Of a stretch of DNA of 64,000 bases, positions 43,939-57,075 are shown piece by piece. Position 1 is the first letter of the stretch. Every line of letters starts with the position of its first letter. This stretch comes from Paramecium tetraurelia. Taxonomy: Eukaryota. The position numbers and the translations under genes were made by a program. The stretch lies in contig CT868574.1 of NCBI GenBank assembly GCA_000165425.1, positions 248,001-312,000 on the forward strand, given 5' to 3'. Under the pieces are notes generated by a model that worked only from the letters and a program-made list of their open reading frames with translations, did not search any database and was not told the origin of the DNA.

Positions 43939-44793
43939 TCAAAAAAGTCTATCAGTTTATGAAAAGTAATCAATGGTGTTAGAGATATTCATTTTGATAG
44001 GAGGAGTATTATATTTAAAGTGGTCAGACATATTTTGAACTGTCTTTTAACAATTGTTCTGAAGACTCTGAGCAAACAACTTTTATGCCAATTACAATCT
44101 GTATATCTCTTTGTCCTCCACTGTTGAAGATTAATCTAATTATTCTATCTTTCTGCTTGGTGACTTAATGTTATTTTTGATTAATTGCATAATAAAATCC
44201 TATGGGGACTAATGTCTAATGATTATAAAATGTAAATATTCTACATGTTTCTAGGAGAAGGCAATTATCTACTCGATTGAGTTGACTCGTTTGAACTCTT
44301 AGTATTTTGAAGTTTCTCCAATTTTTTGCTATATTGAATCAACTATTTCTTGAACCCTGGATTGGGATTAATTGTTAATCGTTTTTCTTTTACGTAGTAA
44401 TATGTTTTTTCGTATGGCCATCCTTGAGACTACATCAAATAGGCTATCACACATGCACTCGATCTGGAAATCCCTGCCATGCAATGTACCAAAACTGAAC
44501 CATTTCTTAATCCCTCGTCTATAACTTCATTAATTTGTTAGAAATAATCAATTATGCGAAATGAAGTACTATCTTCAATACTAAAAATCTATCATACTAT
44601 TATTAAATACATGATGCTTGAAATTCTCTATTTTAAGAGTGATATTATTGGCTACTGTGATCACAGTCTTGATGTTATTTTATCGTAAAAGACAAGAATT
44701 CTTGGCAGCCTTCAAACTTCCTAACCAAAGACTTGTCCCTTAGACAGAATGCACCTTGTCCATATCATTCGATAAAATAGAGAATCTACTCAT
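43939..44793 (-). CDS. Dual-specificity protein phosphatase
   Basis: LWLGSLKAA, VLVHCMAGISRSSACVIAYLM, INPNPGFKKQL. Confidence 0.93.
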
Positions 44794-44965
44794 TGATTAA
44801 TTAATACAAATTGAGTACATAATTTTGTATTTGAGTTTGTTATGTATTAACACAAAATAGTAATCACTTGATTCCCTTTACAATAAAAAGATGGATAATT
44901 TCGATTAAATAGGATGGTTATTTTGAATTTCGCTTTATCTAATATTAAATTTTTGAATTCAAAGA

Positions 44966-46515
44966 ATGGAGGAATTGAAATAAAATTATTTAGACAGGTA
45001 TCATTATTTTGAATAACTAGATTGAATAATCTCCATTAGTTTCTCTATTGTGAATTGCCATTAAAGTTAATGAATCACAATGAAGATGAAGTAAAATGGG
45101 AAATATATTTTAGACTTGTATTGATCTCTAAAACCGGCTATATACATTGATAGAAACTGGATATATCAAGGAGACAGAACAATAATTGCAGCATCTAATA
45201 GAGGAGAACTATAAATTGCATAATAAGGAGAATGATAAATAATTGATCAATGGTCTTTCTACTTCTGAGGCTCGATATGTTAAGTAAATAGCTGAGTTGT
45301 AGCATCAAAGGGATCTCTTGCAGGATGAATTGGAAGAGAAGAATTTCATATTGAATGAGATTCAATCCAAAATGGAGAAGTTTGAATTATTATCTGATAA
45401 CTTAGTTAAGGCAGAACAAGCTATTAAAGAGCTTTCGGATGAGAATGTGGAAATAAGCTAATAACTGCAATATGAATAAGAAATGAATTTGTAATACAAA
45501 AATCAAATAGAAGAACTACAACAAGTAGTTATGAATAAAGAGACATCCTAACGTAGGAATATCTCTCCTTCTCAGCTTTATCAATTGCATGAGCAAGTTG
45601 GATCATTAAGAATTGAACTCTCTGGATTATAAGCTGAGGTTAAGATAAGAATGTAAATATTGGAATAATTCAAAACTTAATTAATGAGTGATCTAGTGAA
45701 GGGATTTCATACAATGCTCTCGAAAACCAAATAGGAATTGTAGGCTGAAACTATTGAGGTTAAAAAGTAGCATCAGTAATTAAATGAAGTGACTAGTCAA
45801 TAAATCAATAAATTAAGAAAGGATGTGCAATTTTATAAAGTTTTGGAAGAAGAATACGAAAATAAAATTAAAGAAGTTCTAAATTAGAAATCTGAGTAGG
45901 AATCTATTATTAAGTTAAAAGATGAATAATTGTAAGATATAGCAAGCAAATTAGACCTGATCTAATAAAATATTGAATAAACAGAATAGAACTTTTAAAA
46001 TCAAGTGTTTTAGGCTATTAATTCAAAAGAAAAATATAAAATCTAATTAAAAAATGCTAAATAGGGATTGAGCACATTAACTGATAAAGTGTAGTCTTTA
46101 TTGTCCTTCAATCAAAAATAAATGAAGTTTATTGAAGATAAAGTCTTATTGCTAGAACAAAGGATTCGAGAGGAAAATCAAGAACTCATTGATGGGTTGA
46201 GTCAAGAATTGAGTTAGAGCATAGAAACTATTAAAAGAACAACATTCCAGCATCAGATAACTTGAATTGCAATGCTTAAAGTCTAATTTCTAAAAGGTAG
46301 ACCATATAAATAGAGGAGTTGAATAAAGTAGATATTCAGAAACGATGAACAAACATTAAGATATTGAGTATGTTAAAAATGATAGTTCATTTATTGGAGA
46401 AAGATCTTTATGTTAGAGAACAGGCAGATTGGATGAATAAAGGAAATATTTAGATGACTTAAAGAAACTGCATAGAACAACTAAATCCTAATTAAAATTT
46501 AATCGAAAGTATTGA
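44966..46515 (+). CDS. Coiled-coil protein
   Basis: Heptad-rich code-6 frame; introns near 45000 and 46213. Confidence 0.65.
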
Positions 46516-46590
46516 AATTAAGTAATATTTATGATCTAAATTAATTCTAACAATTTATGTAAAAATATTAAATAATTTATATTCTACAAT

Positions 46591-48921
46591 TCAAAAATCT
46601 TAAGCAACATTTCGATATTTAAATTTATATTTAGAACACATTTCTGCATTTGGTAATTCCTCCAAATATCTTTGGACATTAGCCTCTAACAATCCAAACC
46701 TATCTGTACCACTGATTGTAACCTTAGATTTTTTATGTTCCTACAATTCATTGATTCTATTGTAAATATGAACCTAATGTGTAATACTATATTTATACCC
46801 AGCAACCAGTGCAGCTATTCTTAATTATTGGATTTTCTAAATCTTCTTCACTAGTTACTTTAAATAAAGGTTTGCCATCACTCCCCTCTTAGATTTCACA
46901 GGTGTACTGACATCTCTTACCTTTTGTAAACATGCTAGCATGGGTTCTAATACTTTTATATCCTACTGGAAATAGATTGTGTTCACTATGATAGGCAGGA
47001 CTTGGTATGATTCTACCAAGACTTACCAATTTAAGACTAGTACTGACTTAATAAGGTAATTAGATTTCATTCACTCCACCTGTAGAATTAGGTTTAATTT
47101 TTTTTTATTAATCATCCTTTAATTCTGGTTTCCTCTTAATATTAGTCTGATCTCTAATTTTCTTAAAAAATGAGCATAGCTATTCAATTCTATTGAGTAT
47201 TTATTCAGTAGCCATAATGGTATTAATATTGCTTAGAGTGATGGGCTAAAGTCCATTAAATCCTGTCTAAGAGAGTGTAATAATAATTTGAATATCATGA
47301 GTCTTTGGATCGTATTCAGGAATATCAATCAACAATTCCTTTTCCACTTATTGGATATGCTATTAGAACAGTGCCTGATTTTAGGGGAGTATATTCTTTC
47401 TAATGAAATGCAACATATTTGTTTATTTACTAAACTTTTAACTGTCTGAATATGAAATCTAGAATTCATCTCCTTGATCTTCTCTAATTTCTCCAATTGA
47501 TGATGGTGGCTATTCTATTTCTAGATCACTTGAATCACTTTCCAAAAATTCTCTCTCTTTATGTTTCATTAACATCTATTCGCATCTAGTTCGTATAGTT
47601 TAAACCATTTTCTCTAATTGATTCAGATTTTTATCGAATTTATTGATCTTTAGTATCAACTTATCTTTGAGTTCTTACCAATTTTATCTGCCATCAACAC
47701 CAATAGGTACTCCATAATCACACAATAAATTAAACAAAGCCTACTTTTCAGCAATCGACCATGATTTCTCCTCTTCATCATCACTCTAGGCCAAATTATC
47801 AAAATCATAAAACCCATCAAATTTTTATATTATCTATACCAATTTCTTTACTCTCTTATTCAAAGTTTCTGGAAATGGAAACTCTTAATAATTTTGAGCT
47901 AAAAGTAATAATACAATCTAGTCTACATGTAGATAAATCTTTAAAGCATAGATCATTAGCTTCCTTAATCGTTAAATGATTGGTGTATCCATATTGATAC
48001 ACTCCTCTAATCAGATCACTATCATGTTTCCTAGTCCACCAAATAGATGGTCTCTATGAATAAAAAGAGCTACTTGGAATGAATCCCAATAGATAATCCC
48101 ATTTCACTATTTATCTACATAAATTCTTACGTTGCGATTTGTCTTTAATACCCAAATTTTTTAGTTGATGTTCCTTAAACTTTTTAATAAACTCTCGAAT
48201 TTTTGCCAACATCAGAATTCTCTTACTGATAGATATTAGCTTTTATTTTAGATTCTGCAACTCCCAGTCCTCTATAATATTGTAATGAATTATGCATACT
48301 TTGATTTGTTTCAATATAAGGATCCTCTGGGTTTTCCTCTATTAAATTTACTATTCCTGCGCCTAAATCGTAATTTACCAATAGTTCGACTATTGATCTT
48401 AAAAGAGAATTTGCAAATGCCTTTATCTCCTATCTGGTCCTGTTTGCAAACTTTAGTTATTACAGTTTATTCCATCTCCCATACCCAAATTAAAGGATCA
48501 ATTTCTTTAGCATCTCTTTATCTTCTTAAGTCCATTTTGCATATAACACTTTATCATGAACTCTATTAAATTATGTTTGGGCTGCTCTTTATGCTTCATA
48601 TTTTAAGGGCTCTCTCAATGGAAGAATGAAAGTATAATAATGTTTGGTTCTACATTCTTTACATGGGATGTAGATTCTGCTAAAATTAGTCAAAATAGTT
48701 TCCTTTGTGACAACCTAATTTTCAATTTATAGCTCTGTATGAGGAATTATTGAGAATTAATAAAGCTCTTCTGATAGTTTCAACTCTCCAATTATCAATG
48801 GATTATTTGGACATTTCATCACTCGAATTCCTCTTGCGGATGGGAAGTTGGAGAGCTAAGTAGGAAGTGTCTTAATTAGGAATTCCTCTCCTACATAGGA
48901 TTATAATTTAGCATACAACAT
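46591..48921 (-). CDS. CHD-type SANT/SLIDE-like + FYRN/FYRC nuclear protein, no ATPase
   Basis: WTQEDKEMLKKLILQFGYGRW, WWTRKHDSDLIRGVYQYGY; FYR: SLGRII..YHSEHNLFPVGYKSIR..CQYTCEI..PLFKV..SCTGCW..SGTDRFGL..LEELPNAEMCSKY. Confidence 0.82.
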
Positions 48922-49068
48922 TCAATTAATTTTTAATATTGCATTTGATCAAATAGGATTTTGATAATTATACTATTACTAAAATAAATATACATATGCC
49001 CATATTGAGCTATATGCAATTAAATTAATTAATTCTATGGTTTTCTTTATTTAATAATTATAAATATA

Positions 49069-50224
49069 ATGTCGAATGCAAATACTATGAGCTGCCTATG
49101 GAAAGAATCTAAAGATGCTAAGCCATATGTCAACAGAGTCCCCATCCCAACTGTTGAAGAAGGTCAACTATTAATCAGAATGGATTATGCACCAATCAAT
49201 CCATCAGACATTAAATTTCTTTTAGGACAGTCTTCATCCAACAAACAATTTCCTTGTGTCGCAGGATTCGAGGGTTCTGGTACAGTAGTACTGACAGGTG
49301 GAGGAATTGCCAGTTGGGGTATGTCTGGAAAAAGAGTGGCATTTTACACAAATCATGAATATGGAACATACGGAGAATATTGCATAGCAGACACAAATTT
49401 GTGTATAGAGTTAGACAATGACATTGAATCAAGTTAAGCTGCTTGTTCATTTGTGAATCCATTATCTGCCATAGGGATGCTGGATATTTGCAAGAAAAAC
49501 AATGCAAAGGCTGTCATTAATAATCCAGGTGCTTCATAATTAGGAAAAATGATGAATAGACTATTTAATGAAAGAAACATAAAGGTGATCAACATTGTCA
49601 GGAGAGAAGAATAAGTTTATGAATTAAGATATGAATGTGGGGCCGAATTAATTATCAATCAAAATGATCCAGATTTCCTTAAGCAATTAAAAATTATGTG
49701 TGAAACTACTTAAGCATCCATATACTTTGATGCTGTTGGAGGAGAATAGAGTGGATAGATTTTAAACATTATGCCTAAAGGATCCACACTGATGATGTAT
49801 GGAACTCTTGATAGCTGGTAAATTGGAGGAATTTAAGCTAATGATTTATTAAGTGATAAAAAATCAATCTAGGGGTATTGTATTTTCATTTATTCTAGAT
49901 TCTTTTTAAATGTCTGGTTAAAAGAATAAAACAAATTAGAATTAATTATGACATTAAAAAAGTTGAAGAATTTTATAAAGACTTCATTGAAAACTAAAAT
50001 TGCAAAAGAAGTAATCTATATTAGTATTATTTAGTTTCCTTTGGATTAATTTTAATAGGCAATTGATTATTATAAAACACATATGACAGAGGGAAAAACA
50101 TTAATTTGTTTGAAAAAAACAATTTAATCAAATTAAGATAACTCAAATTAAAAATAGGCATAGTCATAAAATGAAGAATAATTAAGTTAACAGAAGGAAT
50201 AGAATAAAGTATAATAATAATAAC

Positions 50225-50274
<50 letters not shown>

Positions 50275-50476
50275 TTAATAATAATAATAATAACAATAAT
50301 AATAATAATAAGAAGAATAACATTAATAATTAGAATAACATTAATAAGAATAAGAATAGCTTTAATAATAATAAAAACCTAATGAAGAATAGGAATTTTA
50401 AGAAGATGAGGATGATTCAAATTCAGGATTTGGAGAAGGATTAAATGATGTATTGTCAAACTCAGAGTAAAAGTGA
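49069..50476 (+). CDS. MDR-superfamily (zinc-independent quinone/enoyl reductase-like) oxidoreductase with polyQ tail
   Basis: APINPSDI, GFEGSGTV, GTYGEY, FVNPLSA, ASQLGKM, INIVRR, FDAVGG; apparent +1 shift in the tail near 50274 (literal stop 50385). Confidence 0.88.
50212..50310 (+). repeat. (TAA)n microsatellite encoding polyglutamine
   Basis: About 30 TAA/CAA triplets, entered in frame from the MDR gene. Confidence 0.9.
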
Positions 50477-50485
50477 AATAATAAA

Positions 50486-52145
50486 TCAGTCTAAAAATTT
50501 AGACTTATTACGTTCTCCTTCTCTAAATGATTTAAACGATAAACCAATTTTAAGCTTAGGAGCACTGTGTTTCTTTACAGAATACAATTTACTCTGTGAA
50601 ATATCAGCATTTGATTCGCTTGTTAAGTTGTCTCTGCTCTTAATGACCTTGTTTTTAAGTTGTCTAATAATGACATCCATCGAAGGTGCTTCATAGTTTT
50701 ATTAAGTCTTAAACAAATTTCCTTACAAGTTTAAAAACTTTCTTATGGTTTTATTGCTTTTGCTTTATGAATGCAATTACGTTGGAGACAACAACTATAA
50801 ATCCTTAGAATCCTTCTTACTATCTAGGTCTAATTCTTCAAAATAATTATTTGATAAAGAGACTTTATATGGTTACCTTCCATCTTCTTTACTTTTGATG
50901 TATTATTTATTGCTTTATGGGATCGGACTCTTGCTGTCTTATTATCTTTAGATTTCTGGTTTATTTAACCATTTCTTGCTAAACTTCTATTCAAAATAGT
51001 CTTTGATCCAAGCATCTCGTTCATTCAACCTCATATTATCAATATATTATGATATTGATAATGCTAATACAGTAGTTTTCACTCTAGCTTTGGCTTATGT
51101 TACTCTTGTGAGATACCTGCATTTCATATTAGTTTAGTAGACTTCATAATCTCCAAATACCTATCCAGTGGAGTATAACCCAAGAACTATGATATTCCTC
51201 TTTGAATAAATATCCCCTTCTTATGTTACTGATTATTATTTCTCCCATCTCTCTATAAGTACTTCTCCCTCCTTAATTATATAAACTGTATCTCCTTTCT
51301 ATCCTCTTTTATAAATGAATGATCCAGCCTCGAAACTGACTTCCTAGCAACTATGCAACAGAACTGATTAACCTGATTGACTCCAATTTTTGAAAGGTGG
51401 TGTTCTTTTAATGAATTATAATTTTTCCTCTAAGATTTTTTCTTAATACTATCCTAGTACTTTCTAATATGAATCATAACTCAATGTAGCAAAAATACAA
51501 TCAGTTTTGGCTACAACTGAAGCTGTTCTAGGAATTCTCTATTCAATTGCAATTTCTCCAAAATACTCATTTTTGCTTTTAATAGCAATTAATGTATAAT
51601 GTGCATACTTATGTTTCAATAAATCATCAAATTTTTTTATTGTCAATGATTCTACAACTAGAATGAAAATTACTTCTCTGGTGATGATGATTATTATGAT
51701 GTTATTATTCTTACTATGGAATTAGAATGGCTACTTCTCCATCCATGATAAAGTACATTTTTCGTCCAATATCACCCATATTAAATACAACTTCTGCTGC
51801 ATCACACTTTTCAATTGATAAATCTTTGAAAATTCTAATGTAAAGATCATCAGGCAAATGTCCTCTTATTTTCCTAGAATTATTTGTAATATTACGAAAA
51901 ATAAGCAAAATCTCTCTCAAAATATTTTTGGACATATTTAGCTTAGATTATGGATCTTTTGTCTGGTTCTATAGTTAAAATTTGTAAGCATCTCTGTCTA
52001 ATCATATCAGCATCCTCATTAATCGTTTTTTAGAAAGTGTTTGTAATTTTAAATAAAAGCTATTCTAGTTTGTCAGTTTTACATTGGTTTCCTTTATTTC
52101 GCGTAAATTTCCTATTACAGATGCAAGACGATTATTAGCTCTCAT
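50486..52145 (-). CDS. Tandem cyclic-nucleotide-binding-domain protein
   Basis: VFNMGDIGRKMYFIMDGEV, FGEIAIEQRIPRTASV; second domain IYKRGQKGDTVYIIKEGEV..FGDYE..TRVTQA. Confidence 0.88.
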
Positions 52146-52195
52146 TAATTTTAGAAAGTATGTGTTTATATATTATTGATATTAATAAGTCAAAC

Positions 52196-54867
52196 TCATC
52201 TATTATTGAATTGTTTACTTAGATAATTTTAAAATCTCTCAATAACCTTATTAAAATTATGATTTGGAAAGTACCATTCAAAAATTTACATATTCTCGAA
52301 TTCTTTTATCAAAATCAATTATCTCGCAGAACCAACCAGTTCAGATAACTATCTATATATCTAAATAAAATACAATTGGTTGTGAGTCTGATCTCCTTAA
52401 ATTCAAACTGACATCATTTTAATTCATCCTTACTGATGTGGTATACATATGTGGACTTCCAATATTACTCTGCAATTATTGTATGACTTCTTTACTTTGC
52501 AATATACTAGTTGATTGTGGAAGTTGCTTTTAAGAATGTATTGATGATTTTTTATCTAAAGCTCTTTCGATTGTAAAGCTACTACCCATATTTGATTATC
52601 TTTTAAGTTATTCTTTTGTAAATAACATTAAAGTAGTTTTATTCTATTATTAGATTGGTGAAGGGGAATTACTTATTACAATTGAGTCATTATTATTATT
52701 CTGTTTTAATCTAGAAGTATTGTTTTCAGATGCTTTTAATGTTCTAATAGTTAAAGTCCTATTGATATTTGAATCAGTATAAACTCTTTCTCTCTCTCTC
52801 CCAGTAATCCCTGTTTTATTTGTTTTGGGTGACCTTACACTTTATTAATGAGTATAGGTTTGTGTTTGATGTTTGGAAGTGTGATCATCATCATTTGCGA
52901 ATAGTTGAAATTCATCATCCCCCTCTTATTTACCCAAGAACTAGTCAATAAGTTCTGTATTTTTAGATATCAAATTGAATTGTTACGCCCAATTCAAAGC
53001 TGTTATACTTACCAAGTTTTGCTAAACTAATGATGATGTTCGTTTCCTTTCGAATCTTCTAAATTTAATTCTAGAACTTGGTTATGCATATGTACTATTT
53101 GAGATTATTTTCATATAATTAGGCTGGTATGATACGCCAGTACACATAGATGTCACATGATTATCCATGCAGATGTAACAGATCTAATGTATAATTGAAC
53201 TTTTACTTTGTAAACACAACGGCTTTGTTACACTTACATTTTGTCTAACCACATTTTATATTTTTAAAAATCTTCCTCATGCATGGATATCAAATCATAA
53301 AATGATTCATAATCTATTATTAATATCTTACATTTTTATTAGGTAGTTATTTCACAAGGAGAAGACAAACAAGCAAAAAATTCATATTAATTCACTATGT
53401 TTAATTTTTTCAATACTTATACTCTCTTTTGATTAATTTGTAAGGCTACTTCTCCTTCCATTAAGAATATTAATTTATTTACTCTTTAGTTTTGTTATTG
53501 TATGATTTCCCCTTCTTCTATTGTTTATTCCTTTACAAATTCAGATAGATTCTTTTAAAATGATTCAGTGAATTTTTGTTTGATAAATTTAGACTTTTGA
53601 ATGATATCCAAATAACTATGTAGATTAAGAGATTTTCTCAATTCTTTCGGCAAATTAAAGTCAATCTAACTTAAATAGGTCTCTTAATATTTCTGATTTT
53701 CCACTTCAGACCACAATAACTACCTAACTTAATGTTAATTTCTAAAAGGCTGTTTATTCATAGTGTTTTTGCTAAGTAATAATTCAAAAAACTCTTCTTT
53801 TTTTATCATTTCATCCGATATCTTCATGTATGTAAAGAATTGCTATGTAAAGTATAACAAAATCAAGAGACTCATAATTCTATTTAAAGAAATATAGTAT
53901 ATATTTTAATCATCACTCGTTTCTAGATCTAAATTAAAAAACAATTATATCTATTATCCTAACAAAATATCGTAAGTTTATTCATTATCTAATTAGAATT
54001 ACCAAAAATGTACACTATTATTCAAATGAATCACCACTATTAATATTGAATTAATGAATCTTAAAAGCTTTTTTGAAGTCAATACATTTAAACTTTACAT
54101 AATCTAATACACTTTTATCATATTTATAATATTCATAAATAGAAATACTTAGTTGAATAAACTACCTATATTTATTCCAATAATCAAAATATCTAGAATG
54201 TTCCATTATTTATAATCAACCACTTTGTAGGTTGAATAAATAAAGACTAATTTTAATAAAATCTCTTACTAAATATCAGAATAGGTTCAAATCTCATATT
54301 GAAAATAGGTGCAACGACACAATATGCCAATAGAATCATAATTAATATCAAATTTACTAACATTTTTTCATAGGAGTCTTTCTTAAGTAGGCTGCAATTA
54401 TATGATTTCTTAATCTCTTACTCTTCAATCTGTGTGCCACTACCTTTATCCTCTATAATCCTTTCAAAGCATTTCATCTTGCTTTATTGTTGCTTTTAGA
54501 CTCTCAAATAATACAACAGTTTTTGAATAAATATTCTAATCACTTAATGAGCATGAAATCTAAGGGCAGTCCCAGAAACTTTAAAAGTGATTTTTAAAGG
54601 TTAATTCAAAGATTAATCCAAAGGAGAATCAAATCTATCAGGCTCTTTAAACGAGTCTTATGGGCAAATCTCTTTATAAGTTTATGATTTGTATAATCCT
54701 CTAGTTACTTCTAGTGGGCTTTTGCTTTTACGCTTTTTTAAGGAAACCTCAGAATCTACATAAATTGATTCACTTTTTTGATCAATTATTTTAGTTCCTA
54801 TTTATGTTAAGTTAGCCTATCTAAAGTGTTAACCCCTTAGAGGACCTTAAGAACGTTGATTAATCAT
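52196..54867 (-). CDS. Highly divergent 6TM CNBD (EAG/CNG-type) channel homologue
   Basis: Six hydrophobic helices, C-linker LPKELRKSL, CNBD EGEIIQQQNQRVNKLIFLMEGEV, CYICMDNH knuckle, terminal WYFPNHNF motif. Confidence 0.7.
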
Positions 54868-55465
54868 TTTTATTATTATTAAAATAAAATGATCAGTAGC
54901 ATTATAACATCATCTAGTATAGTGGATTCCTGAAAATTCTTAAAATTACTATCTCCAAATTACTTGGCAATCCTCAATTATCTATTTTCAAATTAAAATT
55001 TAAGGTAATTTTTTCAAAATTTAAGCTACAGTCTTATATGATTTTGGAATTAGATGTCACTAATTAAATTAGATCTCTTATTTATACTATGAACATTAGC
55101 TATATAAAAGATTATTGGATAATATACTCTTTTGGAGAACAAGCAACTTTCCAAAAATAATATTTCTAGAAATAATTTTGTTGAAGTAATGAATAAGAAT
55201 ATTTATCTATAATATCCTCTTAATATATGGATAATAAAATTAATGGGTTAGTTTTAAAGGTTCCATCATTTCTGATAGTTAATTGATATTTTTATATAAG
55301 TAATTAATAGAAGAAGGATTGGGCTATCAAAAAAAGATGAATTAGAATTATGGCACAATTAGTGATCTCAGTAGACAATTAATATTCTTATTTTTAAGAT
55401 TAAAATTAATCGATGTAATAATAATTTAATTTACAAAATAAGATCATGATAGTTTATAGGAAATT

Positions 55466-56399
55466 TCATTAGTTAAATAAGGTTGTAGGATTTCTTTTAA
55501 GTCCTCTAGTTATAAAATATTTAGTATCTTAAGAGAAAGACACTTTCTTTTGTTTGAAATTTGTATAGGTGGATTTTAAAGACAAATTTCTTTCAAGACT
55601 TAAGAACCTTTAACTATTTTTTAAAATGCTCCTTGAACTCCTTTCTTTACTAGTATTACTTGAAAACAGTTCAGGTTAATTATCACTACATTGCATTTCT
55701 TAAGAGACAGTATATTCTTTGCTCTCATTAAGACTCCCGACACTTGCTTGAGAACTTTTTTCATTTTCTTAAAGAATAGTGATGAATTTATTTTTATTTG
55801 ATGCAGTTTTAGTTTTTAAAGAATTCATTGTTAAACTCATCTATGAATTTAGAGTATTAGTTTCGGTGTCTTTTTTTGGGGCAAATTAAGAGAATTATTT
55901 AGGTAAGTAAGTTTTACCAGGAATATTACGGAGGGCTTGAAAGTTTTATGAGTTTTAAAATGAAATAGTTTGATGGTGGTTTTCATTGTTGAAATCAGAT
56001 GAATCCTTTTATTAATTTTTGACTGGCTTTGACCGTAATTAATTTTATTACTCAATTTCTATTTAACGCTACTCTTCTTGTTATCTAGGTAATCATGTAT
56101 ATAATCTACATCTACTTTATTCGATATTTTACTTCCTCTTCAATATCTTTCATGAATCTGTTCATTCTTTCTTAAACTAGATTGTCTCTGATCTCCTTTT
56201 ATTTTATAAAAATTGGTAGTTAAGAGCTATTCTCTAGACAACTTTCATCAGCAACAGGAAAGTCCTCATAATCATTCTTCAAAGTTTTATCTCTCAATTA
56301 TTCTATTTTCTTAACTTAATGTGTCGAATTTGTTCCTTCTTATAATTCTTAATTTGAGAGAGCCTATTCATATTTATTGCAAGAATTACAAGAACCCAT
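55466..56399 (-). CDS. N-acylated low-complexity protein with SILK and KVSF motifs
   Basis: MGSCNSC start; C-terminal RSILKN...QKKVSFSQDTK; one intron inferred from the length. Confidence 0.65.
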
Positions 56400-56406
56400 T
56401 AATAAA

Positions 56407-56996
56407 ATGAAAATTTATTTTATAATTGCAACACTTTCCATATTAATCAACGGCAAAGACACACATGATGAAGTGAGAACTTGTATAATGTAATCATTGT
56501 CTTCAACTGCAAAATGTAAAAATCAATACACCAAGTGTTTTGATGATATTGATTGCAATAATTAATTTGATGACCTTTTTAGAAATTGCGTAATCCAAGG
56601 GGGAAGTTAAATTTATGAAAGTTATTGTGTTAATATGGGCTTCATTTAAATTAGTAACGCATTATTGTCAGGTACATATGAAATGTGTATAATTAAGATT
56701 TGTTTGATTGTTTAGTTAGACAATGTAACATTATGTAAGGGAAACTAAATCATATTTAACTTTTCTCAAATGTTTCTGGGTGTTTCTCAGAAGCCCTCTT
56801 AGACTCTTCTAAGTGTTGGATTTAATCTAAGAATTGCACATAATAATGTGAAGAATAATTGAATATGATTGCTGATTGTGAAACTCATATTAGTAAGGAT
56901 GATGTCGCCAACACAAGGAAATGTTTGGATTCAAAGTCCTTCACTGATACTAAGGCAAAGGAAATCAAATAATGCCTTATGATATCATGTTTGTGA
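56407..56996 (+). CDS. Secreted cysteine-rich protein (186 aa)
   Basis: MKIYFIIATLSILING signal; two Cys-spaced halves; 29-nt intron. Confidence 0.75.
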
Positions 56997-57075
56997 TTTT
57001 AGATTTATGCAAATAATCATTATATGGAATTATTATAAAAACAATATTGTTTATTAAGTAAATATTTTTAACCAA

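Noticed and set aside
46200..46270. Premature TGA at 46263 suggesting a pseudogene
   Set aside because: Removing a 25-nt gttaga..aaaag intron restores the frame to 46515.
50027..50323. ORF-track poly-Leu/Ile 'membrane protein' on the minus strand
   Set aside because: Antisense shadow of the (TAA)n polyQ tract.
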